This document shows, one piece after another, positions 13,766 to 25,562 of a stretch of DNA of 64,000 bases (positions within the stretch are counted from its first letter, which is position 1; every line of letters starts with the position of its first letter). A model generated the notes under the pieces. The model was not told the DNA's origin. It saw nothing but the letters and a program-made list of their open reading frames with translations, and did not search any database. Made by a program: the position numbers and the translations under genes. Source of the stretch: Paraspadella gotoi (Eukaryota > Animalia > Chaetognatha); assembly GCA_051294375.1 (NCBI GenBank), contig CM119268.1:11654560-11718559 (forward strand), given 5' to 3'.

Positions 13766-15700
13766 AGCGTTTCCACTATTAAATTAATCCTACTCATTTT
13801 TAAAAATTCTTTCATCTATTATATGGAGAAGGTTGAACTTTAATGAAAATAATTGAACTAAAATTGTAAAAATTTTTACACCACTTACCTCTTCTAAATT
13901 AGATTTCATGTCAAGAGTAGAAAAAGATGCCAAGAGTAAAACGCAGGAGGAGGAAGAGGAGGAAGAGGAAAAGCGTTATCGGCGATTAATTCGAAGCGCG
14001 AAAGTTTTTCGACTTTTCGATCGGAAAAACTGATTCGATCTCGAAGATGAGATATCGAAATAGCAAAAAGTTTTCATTAAATCCGGGTAGAATAAGAGGT
14101 TTCTATTAAATCCGGGTAGAAAAATGGGATTTTCTCTCTTAATTTGGATCATTAATAAATATTCAATTTTCCTGAATCAATCTCGACATTGTATTTAATT
14201 TCAGTAGCTCAAAGTCAAACGCATTTCGCATTTCTAATACTGCTAGCCTTTTTATTCAAAATCCTGATTATTTTATTTTGGATTTATCCACTTGTTACAT
14301 TCTTTCCGTCGGTAGTTAAGATTTCTTTTGCTACAACCGAACCCATCGGATTAAGAAATGAGAAAGAAATGGCAAATCGTATCTCAACTTCCCAAGACGG
14401 CGTCCAATCCTCTTCTGCGCCATTTTCAATCAAAACTTTTTTCAGACTCTTTTTTTTCCTCCTCTTTGACCCGAATTCTTTTCCCCCGAAAAATCGGAGA
14501 TGCCCAATTTCCCATGGCCTCGTTTGACCACGAGGCCCCCACGTTGTCTCTCGCCGCCCCACGGTGTCCGAGGATTGGTCGAACCCTCTTCTCCCTGAAA
14601 CTCTTCCAATTTCATTTCGCCCTCGAACTTTCGACGACCATGACCCCAACACCCTTCGTCGCCCTTTCACGCCGTCGCACCTTTTTTTTAGTCACCCCTT
14701 TTCACTCCAAATCGCAGCCCGCGATTCGATCCTTAAACGGAGTTACCGTTTTTACATTTCTCGAGAAACTCCGTCTTTTCCTTAAAAGCCTCACATCCGC
14801 TCCAACGTGCACCATTCACATCACTTCAACGACACTCACATCACCCACCCCACGCGGTTTGCGGTTTCTCAATCCCCTTTCACCCATCCACGGTTCAAGG
14901 CAAACTCTGACCCCCACCGAATGAGCCGACTCCCCGCTCGGCCGACGGACCCAACTTGCGCCCCAAAACCTCGGGGCAGAAAAGTGGACAAACGGACAAC
15001 CGGACCCCCCGAGGAGAGAGACTTTCCCTTGTAGCTGACGACGACGACGATCAAGACGACGACGAAGACGTCGAGGAAAATGGCGGACTAGAAAATAGTT
15101 AAGGCGCTGTATCGTGGCCGGGATATATAGGGATCGAGACCGGTGATATTTGAAGAAAAAAAAAATTTGATGAAAGAAATGGCGGCTTAAATGTTTTTAT
15201 TTCAAATACACACAATATTCTAAAAATCTTGTCGGCTTATTGTTAATTTTTTTTTCATTGTGTTAATTTAAATATTTATATTTTGTTGAATTGTAAACTG
15301 TACAATTGTTTATCTGTAATTCTGTATGCCCTTTTGAATGTACAGTTTCAACTAATTGTTGTAAACGAATAAAACACACACAAAATACTCTACTCAAACA
15401 ACACTAACATTGACAACGACCATAATAACGACGACGATTTTGAGAAGATTACGTAGGTGAAAGACGACGACGACGACGACGACGACGACGACCACGAAGA
15501 CCTACATTGAGCGTCACCCCGTCTTCGAAAACGAGAGCGAATGTGACAGATTGACGCGCGACGGTAAAACAGCCACCACCATGCATTCTACGTTGAAGAC
15601 CTCCTCGTGGTCCACAGCAATCCCGTCGCCAATAAACGTAAAAATGTCGGGATTTGAGGTGGAAACGAAATAATTTTAAAAAATGGGTTTTTCGTTTCAG

Positions 15701-15835
15701 TGGAATTAAATTTCGTCTCGAGGCGATCGGCGAAAGGCTGAAAGTGGGTGGCGAAAGAAGTGGAACAACGGCGGTGGATTGTCAAGAGAGCGATGGAATT
15801 CAGCGTGGCGCCACGCCAAGAGATACTGGAACAAA
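15701..15835 (+). CDS. Possible 135-nt phase-symmetric exon (GIKFRLEAIGERLKVGGERSGTTAVDCQESDGIQRGATPRDTGT)
   Basis: Acceptor ttttcgtttcag| and donor AAA|gtaaga; only one of three frames is open; length divisible by 3. No recognisable domain. Confidence 0.3.
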
Positions 15836-16982
15836 GTAAGATCTTGCTTGGCGAAAGAGACTCCCGATGAGATTCGCCGGAAGAAGCCAATCAAAGGCAA
15901 TCAAATGAAGACTCTTCTCTTTTTACATCGATTTGTAACGGAACGTGACAATTTTTTTTTCCATTTTCGATAACCGGTCAAACTGGAATTGTTTCCGGTA
16001 ATTCCAAGTAAATGATCGGCTAAAAAAGATAATTAATGGAGAAAAAGATAATGAATGAGTAAGAAGGTTAATTTTTTTAAGAATAATAAAAAAAAAGATA
16101 AAGACCACAACGTCGAGAGCGGATTTTGTCTCGTCAGGAAAAAACTCACTTCCTGCGGTTAAAAGTTGAACGATTCAAACTTAAATGTTAATGTAAAGAA
16201 TCTAATTACTTTCGGTTTACATTGTAAAAAAAAATAACGGTGAACAGCATTGATTTATTAGCATATCGACTGAAACTCAGCTATCTTAACTATCTCTTAA
16301 AATGCCATTCGATTGATTTTAAAATGACTGTTAAATTAAGTTTTGAATAGTTACAACTTAAAACACAATTCGACGCTTAACATGCTCAGCTCCGGCCACT
16401 GGATTTCCATTTTCGATCGTACGCGATCGTCTTATCTCCCTTTTCGTTTCGGTTTCTTCCTCCAAAAAAAAAAACCGCAAAGAGTTTCCCTCAAAAATGC
16501 GGAGGAACGAGATTTTGGGTCGGTCGTTCGGAGAAGCGAAGATCCGACGAAATAAACTACTTTTAATTGGAGATGGTCTCGTCGTTAATGGTGTTGTTAA
16601 AGAGGGTGGTGGTGGTAAAATGTTGTGGTAGGGGTGGTGTTGGGTGGACAGAGGGTGGAGGACCGGTGGTCGCGGAGTTGTGTTCGTGTTCAATCATGGT
16701 CGCTCTTATCGACGTCGTTGATATCAGATGACATTGTCATTGTCTGAACGAAAGGTCCAAGTAACATGGATACTCTTCGATGGTCGACTCAAAGATTGTC
16801 GTTGTTGTTGTCGTGCTGTTTATTGTCTTCAACATCGTCGTCATTTGCGAATCATTTATTTTCAAGAAAAAAATGAATAATTATCCAATATTTCGTCACA
16901 TCAAGTTTCATACAATGTAGGTCGAAAATTTCTTTCCTCTCTCTCTCTTTCTCTCTTCTCCTCTCTCTCTCTCTCTCTCCTA

Positions 16983-17023
<41 letters not shown>

Positions 17024-17503
17024 CTTCTCTCTCTTCTCTCTCTATCTTTTCGTGTCCTGGACCATTGACCCAGGGACGAAACGGGGTCGAATCTATGAGC
17101 TGTCACGAAAAAAAGTAAGGAAAAGTAGCGGGATCACTTGGCGGGTATTAGTTGCGCAACTTTGCTCATTCTTAGCACCAAACGTCAGACTGGAAACATG
17201 AAAAATGACGAAAAAATGAAATACGATTAGACAACAATGGCCACCAACGAAATATTCTCGTTTCTGACCCAAAGATAAAAGTCTATTTCTCTTCGGCCAG
17301 AAAGTCGAGGCACCGGTTCCTCATCCTCTTCGACTCAATGGCACCATGAAAATTTAATTAGGCCAGGGCAGGAGGGAGGAGGAAGAGAGGAAGAGGAAGG
17401 AGGAGGAGAGGAGGAAGGCGACAGGAGCAAAATGAAGCGAAGTAAAAGTGACAAGGGAGCCATATTCATGATGAGCGATAATGGAAGGGCGGAGAAGATT
17501 CAT

Positions 17504-17578
<75 letters not shown>

Positions 17579-18133
17579 GAGACGAGAGAGAGAGAGAGAG
17601 AGAGAGATGATGTAAGAGGAGTCTAACGAGACCCTTCGCCGATCGAACACGCCAATGATTAACCGCGCTTGGTTCAAAGAGGTCGCCTCGACATCGTCGT
17701 CGTCGTCGTCGTGTCGCCACCTTGCGCGTTGCATTATGTAAGAGACACTTACCAGTTTCCTTCTGTCGCGATGGTTATTTCTCGAATTCGACCCTCACTC
17801 TTTTCTGCCCTTTCGACCTTTTCGAACCTCACCTCGTCCGCTCTCTTCGCCTTACCCTCTCGACCTCGTGCAAAATGCGGCGGCGGACGAGAACAACACG
17901 GTGAAACAGAGACGAACGAGGGAGCGAACAAGGAGGACGAACAAAGAACGGAACGGCGCTGAAAACGAAGCGCACGAAGAGAAAATTGAAACTATTTCGA
18001 AGTAAACATGGCGAAGGTCGGTTTTGGCCGACTAAGAAAAAAAAAGTTAAAGAAAGAAAAATCATTTCATTGAACTGAATTTTTAATTCTAGTTGTGCGG
18101 TTGGATGTATGCTTTTGGCTTCATGCGGCCATC

Positions 18134-18176
<43 letters not shown>

Positions 18177-18443
18177 CTTCCTCTCTCTCTCTCCTCTCTC
18201 TCCTCTCTCGTAACGACATTTCATGAAACGAATTCTGAGTCGTATTATTTTTTTATAAAAAAATATTTATTGTCGTCGGCCTCGGATAAGTTTTTTTCTG
18301 AGTGAGACTCTCTCTCTTTCAATTCATGCTCTGCGAATCAGGAACAGTAGCATTCCAAAAACTTGAAATGGCTGAAGAAAGATCGGAGCATTCGTATTTT
18401 GAGATCGTATCGTCATCGACGTCGAAATCATAATCTTTATCAA

Positions 18444-18534
<91 letters not shown>
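18444..18534 (+). repeat. Compound microsatellite (CAT)n(CGT)n
   Basis: Perfect CAT array switching in register to CGT. Further (GTC)n/(GAC)n arrays at 11067-11102, 11233-11293, 12407-12438, 15463-15491, 36912-36943 and 51426-51457. Confidence 0.95.
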
Positions 18535-18535
<1 letters not shown>

Positions 18536-18937
18536 TGGCGCCGAATTATTTGTAATTGTAGACCTTCATTCGAAAAAGAAATAATCAGAAAAAAAAGGAT
18601 ATATATGTATAATTGTGTATACTAAGTAAATCTATTTTTCCAAGAAAAAAAAGAGAACTGTAGGATAAAAATATAACTGTTGGACTGATAAAGTAGGAAT
18701 AAACTTAAAATACTTAAGTATACGTAAGAGAAAAGCCAAAAAGAAAAGCTGAATAAAAAAATGGCTGATTTACTTACTAAATCTTTGTTAAAAAAAGAAA
18801 GAGAAATGAAAGTAAAATTCTTTCAAATGTGACAATCCTAGGTTACGAGAGTGAGGTTCCAATCTTGAGAGCAAATCGGACACTGGATGCCGCGGGCCCA
18901 GGATATGGACATAACTGGCAAATATTGGCGTGGAAAA

Positions 18938-19300
18938 GGTGTGCCCGGAGGGTTTGGGCCACGCCCTCCGGGGACGCGGAGCGTCCTTCGAAAAAATGGC
19001 GTGCCCATCGGGGCAGAGGCGAGCCCGTCGGCTCAAAGGCGAGCCCGGCGGGGCAGAACAGACGACCGCGCAGGGTAAATGACCAAAGCGTTGCAATACC
19101 TGTTGATTGTCTGCCGGGTCGAAATCGAGCCCGTTAGGGCCGATAAGGGCCCGCTAGGGCTGAGCCACCGTATCGAGTGGCCGCTGGTATGCCCATCGGG
19201 GTTTAGAACGCGCAACGAAGATTCCTTCAGACCGCAAAGAGGCGTGCCCGACGGGGTAGAGGAGACTCCGATTGATGCGGACGGGAACCCGGCGGGGCTG
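18938..19300. repeat. GC-rich degenerate ~20-bp repeat with palindromic CCC-N3/4-GGG core
   Basis: Cores start at ~18941, 18961, 19001, 19021, 19041, 19127, 19147, 19189, 19244 and 19285; approximate consensus GGCG(A/T)GCCCRNCGGGGYAGA. Confidence 0.65.
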
Positions 19301-19902
19301 GGCGGCGATTTTTAATCTCGACTTTTCGTTTTGTCGATTTTGTCTCGATAAACGTCGATGATTGGAGGAGGGAAGGAAAGTATATTAGCCAATGGGAGCA
19401 AAGAATGGGAAGATCTATCGAATAGCTATATTACATTATGTTGTCCTAACAGATAATTTTGTATTTGAAGTTATTTATCTTTTATGTAATTAATATCATT
19501 CATAGTCATTTTACCAATTTACCATTTTACCATTTTGCCATTTCGCCGCTCAACGCCGTGGGATTTCCTCGCGGTCGAATTCCTTCAATCGCCACCCGAC
19601 AACTGCGTCTGTCCTCCAACTGTTTACGACACTCACCCGCTGAGCGCCCAAGGTAAGTCCAGCGGGAATTATCAATTTCGAAACCGACATTCTCTCTCTT
19701 TCTTTCTCTTACTTTCTCTCTCTCTCTCTTCCCTTCTCTCTCCGTCTCTCCTCCTCCTCTCTCTCTCTTCTTCGTAACGTGAGATGGGTGGAATCGATTT
19801 TGATTTTGGGTCTTCGTCGTCGTCGTCGTTGTCGTCGTGGGCGTTGATTCGCCGTCGCCTGTCNNNNNNNNNNNNNNNNNNNNNNNNNCTCTCTCCTCTC
19901 CT

Positions 19903-19938
<36 letters not shown>

Positions 19939-21699
19939 CCTCGATTCTCTCTCCTCTCTGTCTCCTCTCTCTCTCTCATTTCTCTCTCCCTGCTCTCAAA
20001 TTTCCAAGGAAAACAGAACCGGGTATTTTTTTTTGCGCCTCGAGTTATTGAAAGAAGAGTTTGTTTAAAAGAGAAGAAATGGATCATAAGAACAAAAAAT
20101 CTGGAAAAGAAAGTGCGTAACAAAATAGCCGTGGATGTGATTTCTAGGTATGCTTTTGGCTCAATCGGCACTCTCTCTCTCATCTCTCCTCCTCTCTCGA
20201 TCTACTCTCTCTCTCCGTCTCTCTCTCCTCCTCTCTCTCTCTCTCTTCCTCTTTCAATATTTAAAAAAAGATATAATTTATCTCATAATCGTTTTACGGT
20301 GGTTTAAAAAGGTTATTATCTTGAAATTTTCGAAGTAAACTGGTCTTCTGACACTTTGAAACAAGATTAAAAAAATCAAAGATTTCACTCACATCTCCTC
20401 TTTCTGTGGATTTTTTTTGAATATATTGCCCCCCGTGGGTGCCACTTCATCAAAGTCTCCTTTTTGAAATCTTTCGCTTCGACTTTCCATTGTAAATGCT
20501 AATGGCAAATTTTTTTCCCTCTTTTTTCAGTTGTCGCCACTTTTTTGAAATGAACAAAAAAAAACGTGCCATAAATTGTTGTCAGGCCGAAAATCATACG
20601 CGCGGTCGACGCTTGACGAGGTTGACGTCCCCGGACATCGTCATCGGCGCGTCACTCGGTACGTCGTAGTTGACATCGGCGTCGCCGCGTGTCTTAATCT
20701 TCCTTGACTTTTGCCACTTAACTTACGACATAGTTAATTTATTGAGCTTCGAGTTGGAAAATCGGTCCGTCCGAATTTGATTTTTTAGAAACTATTAATT
20801 CGAGATAATTGAATTACCATCGTCGATTCTCCAGCTCATATTTCGTCCGACTGTGTGGATTCATTTAGACAATACTCCCTAGCTAGCAAATATGCATACA
20901 AAACTATTATTGTTAAAGTTGAAGTAAGATAAGTTTGTATAGTTAAGGTTCGTTAGAAAGCGACTCGAAATTAAAATATCTCATCGTAGAAGAACTTACG
21001 TCGCAGCATCGTCTCAGTCAAATTTCTGGTATAAAATTAAATGTGGACCTGCGCGAGTATGTACAAATTGTACATTGGGACAAAACGCACCTATTATGTT
21101 CTTGCGAGTTTTCGCCAAACAAGGAAGACATGGTACTCGTTTCGGAGTCGAGGCTTATTGTTATCGCTATGGTCGTGCGTCCGTTCGTCGTCCGTCGTCG
21201 GCGTACGCCGTGTCCGTCGCGTCTCGTCGTCGTCGTGCGTCGTCGTCGTTCGGCGTCCTTTAAAATGCTATGAAAACTGACCCAGTTTCTCCACTCCCGC
21301 GATTCAAAGCTTCTTTCAAGTCCGCTTCATCCCCACTTGTGTAATTCGATAACACGTTGAAAAAGCAGCCCGGACAAGAATCCAGATTTGACAGGGGGAA
21401 AGGCTGAGGTGGTAGGGCGTGGAGATAATGAGGTGGGTCAGATTAATATGCGTTGTGATTTCGAATTCAGACCAAGGTTGATCAGTAACAGTACGCGAGC
21501 ATCAAAAAGAAAAGCTAAAGTCTAAAAACAAAACAAAGTTATAGAGATTGCGTGAAAACCACCACCGACAGACAGACTAAAAGGATCCAAATTATCAATT
21601 AATCATATTCTCAATCATTAAAGATGCGATTTATTTTTTTGAGAACCTAAATTTTTCGAATATAGATGTCTTGGAAATAAAAGTTTTTTTGTATGCTGC

Positions 21700-22715
21700 T
21701 GTGTTAAACATGAGTAATAATATCACCAGGTAACAAATAAGTCCGAAGCTCTCTCAATGCTTATCCACATCGGTTGAATCCAACATACTTATTTCATGAA
21801 TACATCGATTAATACAGACATAATATCTAGGTTACATGTCTCTAGCGCAAAAAAGTGTTTTACCGTCACAGCCATATAGTAAGTATAGGGACAACAGATT
21901 TTGTATAAACATTTCATTAGAAACTTTCTTCAGTGGTTTATACAAACATTAATACAACAATTACTAGATCGATAGAAAGATAAGAGTTCTCTTGCTACCA
22001 GGTTTCAAATAGGAACCCCTTGTCGGCTACTCAGGTTAAAGCCTATAAGATAGAAGTCCATTCTATGTAACAGAGTTTCTATTAGGGTGTCTGTTAAGAA
22101 GAAAAGAATAATCTATTATCAAACATCTGTGTAAGGTTTCCCAAAATACATTACTTTGTTTTTTTAAAACTAATAAGTAACAAATACTGCTCTGAATACT
22201 GGAGCACAGATATTTATTAGAGTTTGCATTACCTGCTATTGTTGTGACAAAAGGCGGCCATGTCGTCAGCATAAAAAATGCTTGCTAAGTAAATGAAGTT
22301 TCCTATATGACACCCAAAACAGAATATTGTTTAAATCTTTTTTTATTAAGTCATTTACATACAAAGCCCAGAAATAAGGGCTTAAGAACCGAACCGCTGC
22401 CGTACACCTGACGACACGTATGAAAGATGCACTGATATCTCCCTTTCCAGCGACTCCTGACTAGTCTAGGTTACTCAATAACCGAGTAAAGCATTAATTT
22501 TATAATAAAACAAGATGTGTACAGAATCTATTTGTATGAGTTTTGTAAAAAGACCATAAATGATGGCACCTTATCAAAACGCCTTGGCTCGCAATCCATA
22601 AATGTTGCGCGAAAACGGCCAGAGCCATGAGCTGATTAAAATAATTTATCAAGTCCTTTAACGTTAAGCATAGCGGTGAAGTAAGTTGGAGTGACATTTC
22701 TTTATATCGCAAAAT
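21700..22715 (-). mobile_element. Degraded, 5'-truncated non-LTR retrotransposon reverse transcriptase (RTE-X/L2-like motif pattern)
   Basis: Allowing frameshifts, the minus strand gives ordered RT motifs: LKDLINYF..., FMD-x-KAFDKV (~22602-22568), GVRQ-GSVL-P (~22408-22380), LYVNDLIK (~22364-22341), FYADDM (~22276-22259), then ...KKTK-MYFG, ...EW-YL-G and PI-LYGCD (~21890-21864). Confidence 0.88.
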
Positions 22716-22729
22716 TGTAAAGTATAATT

Positions 22730-22845
22730 AATGTTAATATAATTAATTAATTAATTAATTAACTTAATGTAAATTAATTAATTAATTACATTAATTTAAG
22801 TTAATTAATTAATTAATTAATTAATCTAATTAATTAATTAATTCT
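22730..22845. repeat. (TTAA)n self-complementary microsatellite
   Basis: Directly visible, abutting the 5'-truncated end of the RT remnant. A similar tract lies at 54427-54480. Confidence 0.9.
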
Positions 22846-23212
22846 TATTATAAATTGAAAGGTGGGGGTGAAAAGTTGATCGAGAGGGAGACGAAAAATG
22901 AGGGTAAACTGTACGATTTGAGGGGTACGTACTACGAGTAACTATGCGGCACGGTGACTAGAATGTACAACTCTTCATAAACGGAACCACACCGGACATT
23001 TTTTGTGTGAAATTTAAAGAAAAAAATATTCAAATAATCAATTTTAAATATTCTCGCCATTGAGAGGACAGAAACATTCTTTCCGCTGGGTGGATTAGAG
23101 AAAGAGGAAGAAGGAAAAGGTGACACCGACCTAAACGCCCATCGTCGAAAAAAAAAGGAAAGAAAAAGGACGAGGTTTTATATCCAATTGTTATTCTCTT
23201 ACTGGGTTTCTT

Positions 23213-23245
<33 letters not shown>

Positions 23246-23261
23246 CCCCTCTCCCCACTCG

Positions 23262-23297
<36 letters not shown>

Positions 23298-23629
23298 TCT
23301 TGTAACGTGAGATGGGTGGAATAGATTTTGATTTTGGGTCTTCGTCGTCGTCTCGTCGTCGTCGTTGTGCCGTCGTCGCCTGTCAAAACAAATCACAGGA
23401 CAAAAGAAACATACGAATCTCAGGTCGAAGAAAAAGTTGACGTACAGTGTGATCAGCTTTTTTCTTAAAAAAATCAACGAAATATAAGAAAGGGATAGAT
23501 GTTTTAAATACCTCTACAACGTTCTGCAATTTTGGCTTTCATTAAAAACTTTAATTACATTCACAGGTAATTGAACTAATAATAATAACAATTGAAACAT
23601 AATTTGAAATATTATACAACTTAAATGAT

Positions 23630-24010
23630 AGGGAAGCCAGGTACTCTGTGAGAGCAGTCTTGATTGAAAGCTTGCAGAGACCTGCTATATCATTATCTTG
23701 TAAGAGTGATGGAGGCCTTAAACCACCACAAGCCTGTCGAACGTCAGGTGCAAGAGAGCTTATTTATTAAATGAATGGATAATTTCTATATTGGTTTGTA
23801 CCAATTTTCATTACATATATATTTCATATACTACTGGGTCTTCTCTCTCGTATTTTATCAAATTTTAAGAAGGATGGAGATCTTAACCAATCATAGCTTG
23901 TTCAAAGTCAGGGCTACCGTAAGATAGATTCTTTATTCCATTTCCGATCATATTTCCATGCCCTGAGATGATTCATTGAAACGATTTGGTTGTATCAATT
24001 TGATAAGATA
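23630..24010 (-). mobile_element. Possible degraded non-LTR element fragment (second copy at ~28190-28565)
   Basis: The minus strand of the 28 kb copy reads STGFGGLRLPSLLQVNDIAGL, resembling the GGLGLP motif C-terminal to RT in L1/Tx1/R2-type elements. Single motif only. Confidence 0.25.
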
Positions 24011-25086
24011 AATTATGATAATATATATTTTCCATCCGCTTTTTGATCTATTTGAGGCACGCTAGCAGTTTAGATTTTTTCCGAATAAATATTTCAATGA
24101 AATAAATTTGTTAGACTTTATAAGTTACTTTTTTCAGAGGTTAACACTTTTGTTGTAGAGTTGCTTTCACTAAAAGAATCGCGGGCTTTATTTTTGATCA
24201 ACTCCTATTATAACCTAACCTCCAAAAGCCTTTTTATCCTCAGGCCGTTTTTACTTCAATGTCGATTCATGAAGGGAAGAAAAAAAGAAAGAAAGTAAGA
24301 AACGAAAGAAAGAGAAGAAAGAGAGAAAGATACGAAATAAAGAAAGAAAGAAGAAAGAAAAAAAAGAAAGAAAGAAAAAAGAAGCAGAAAAAAAGAAATA
24401 AAGAAAGAAAGATAGAAAAGAAAAAGAAAAAAGAAAAAAGAAAGAGAAAAAAGGAAAGAAAGAAAGAGTAAAAAAAGGGAAAAAGGCCTAGAAGTAAAGA
24501 AAACATCGGAACTCATTGATATTGCCTGTGTTGGAACCAAGCCCGTTCTCTCTCTCATTTCCCTTTCTCTCTCCTTCACAGCGATTCCCGCTCAATCACA
24601 GACTCAATCCCATTTCTCTCCTACTTCTTTCTCTCTTTTTCTTTTAACTTTTTTTAAATATATTTCGTCAAATCCAAATTCTCAATGATCGTTTCCAATT
24701 TTCACGCATGCATTACATCTTTACGTCCGCACATAGACTCACCGAAAATAAAACAAACAAGAAAAAGAATCTCACTGAAAAACCTTATCAATTTCCTACA
24801 CGTAGCATAAAAACTATTTTTTTTTATTTTAAACCACCACTTTTGAAATCGATCGAATCATAGAAATTTCCCCCCCAAAAACAAGGAAGAAATAAAAATC
24901 GTGAATCTCTGTCGAACGCACGTGCGTCGCGCGTGCGCAATCGTCAACCACCGCTCGAGCCGCTGTCCTGGCCGCCATTCTGACCGCCGCTCTGGCACAC
25001 GCCGATTCTCACCACGCAGATCGACGCCGACGTAATAAGGAGATTTTGATGAAGAAAGCAACAGGCGCAATGGGCCAAGTTTTTAA

Positions 25087-25118
<32 letters not shown>

Positions 25119-25448
25119 CTTCTCTCCTCTCCTCTTCTCTTCTTCTTTTCTTTTCTATTTTTCTCTTCTCTCTCATCTCCCTTTCAATCACTTCTCTCTC
25201 ACTCTCTCTTTTTCCCCACTCCGTCCGTCTCTTTTTATCTTTCTCTCCTCTCCTTCCATTCCCTTCTCCCTACTTCCCCATCCCTTCCCCTCCTCCCTTC
25301 CTTTTCTCCTCTCGATCTCCTGGTAGGGTAATGCGGTTATGAGGCGCACCCGGGTTAACGCAAAGTGACATGAGAACAACGGAGAGGAACACGTGCACAG
25401 AGGGGTTGGTATTTCGGAGTGTTCAATTTATATGGGTAAGGGGAAGGG

Positions 25449-25530
<82 letters not shown>

Positions 25531-25531
25531 A

Positions 25532-25562
<31 letters not shown>

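Noticed and set aside
12990-13815. Long ORFs containing X runs (also at 29.6, 36, 44, 46, 51.5 and 52.3 kb)
   Set aside because: They read through N-gaps.
14189-15054. Cluster of overlapping ORFs up to 188 aa
   Set aside because: No recognisable domain or bounding splice sites; open frames on both strands are consistent with compositional bias.
21900-21946. CTGAAGA...GAAA flanked by an 11-bp inverted repeat, hammerhead-like on the minus strand
   Set aside because: No stem III or NUH site and a poor stem II; it lies within the LINE coding remnant just before PI-LYGCD.
22063-22272. ORF superficially resembling a GIY-YIG start (SSICYLL...WET)
   Set aside because: Better explained as the frameshifted RT region following YADD.
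24905-25080. Signal-peptide-like frame RAAVLAAILTAALAHADSHHADRRR
   Set aside because: There is an upstream in-frame stop with no ATG or AG acceptor before it, and it runs into a CT microsatellite; the CpG-rich patch may be regulatory instead.
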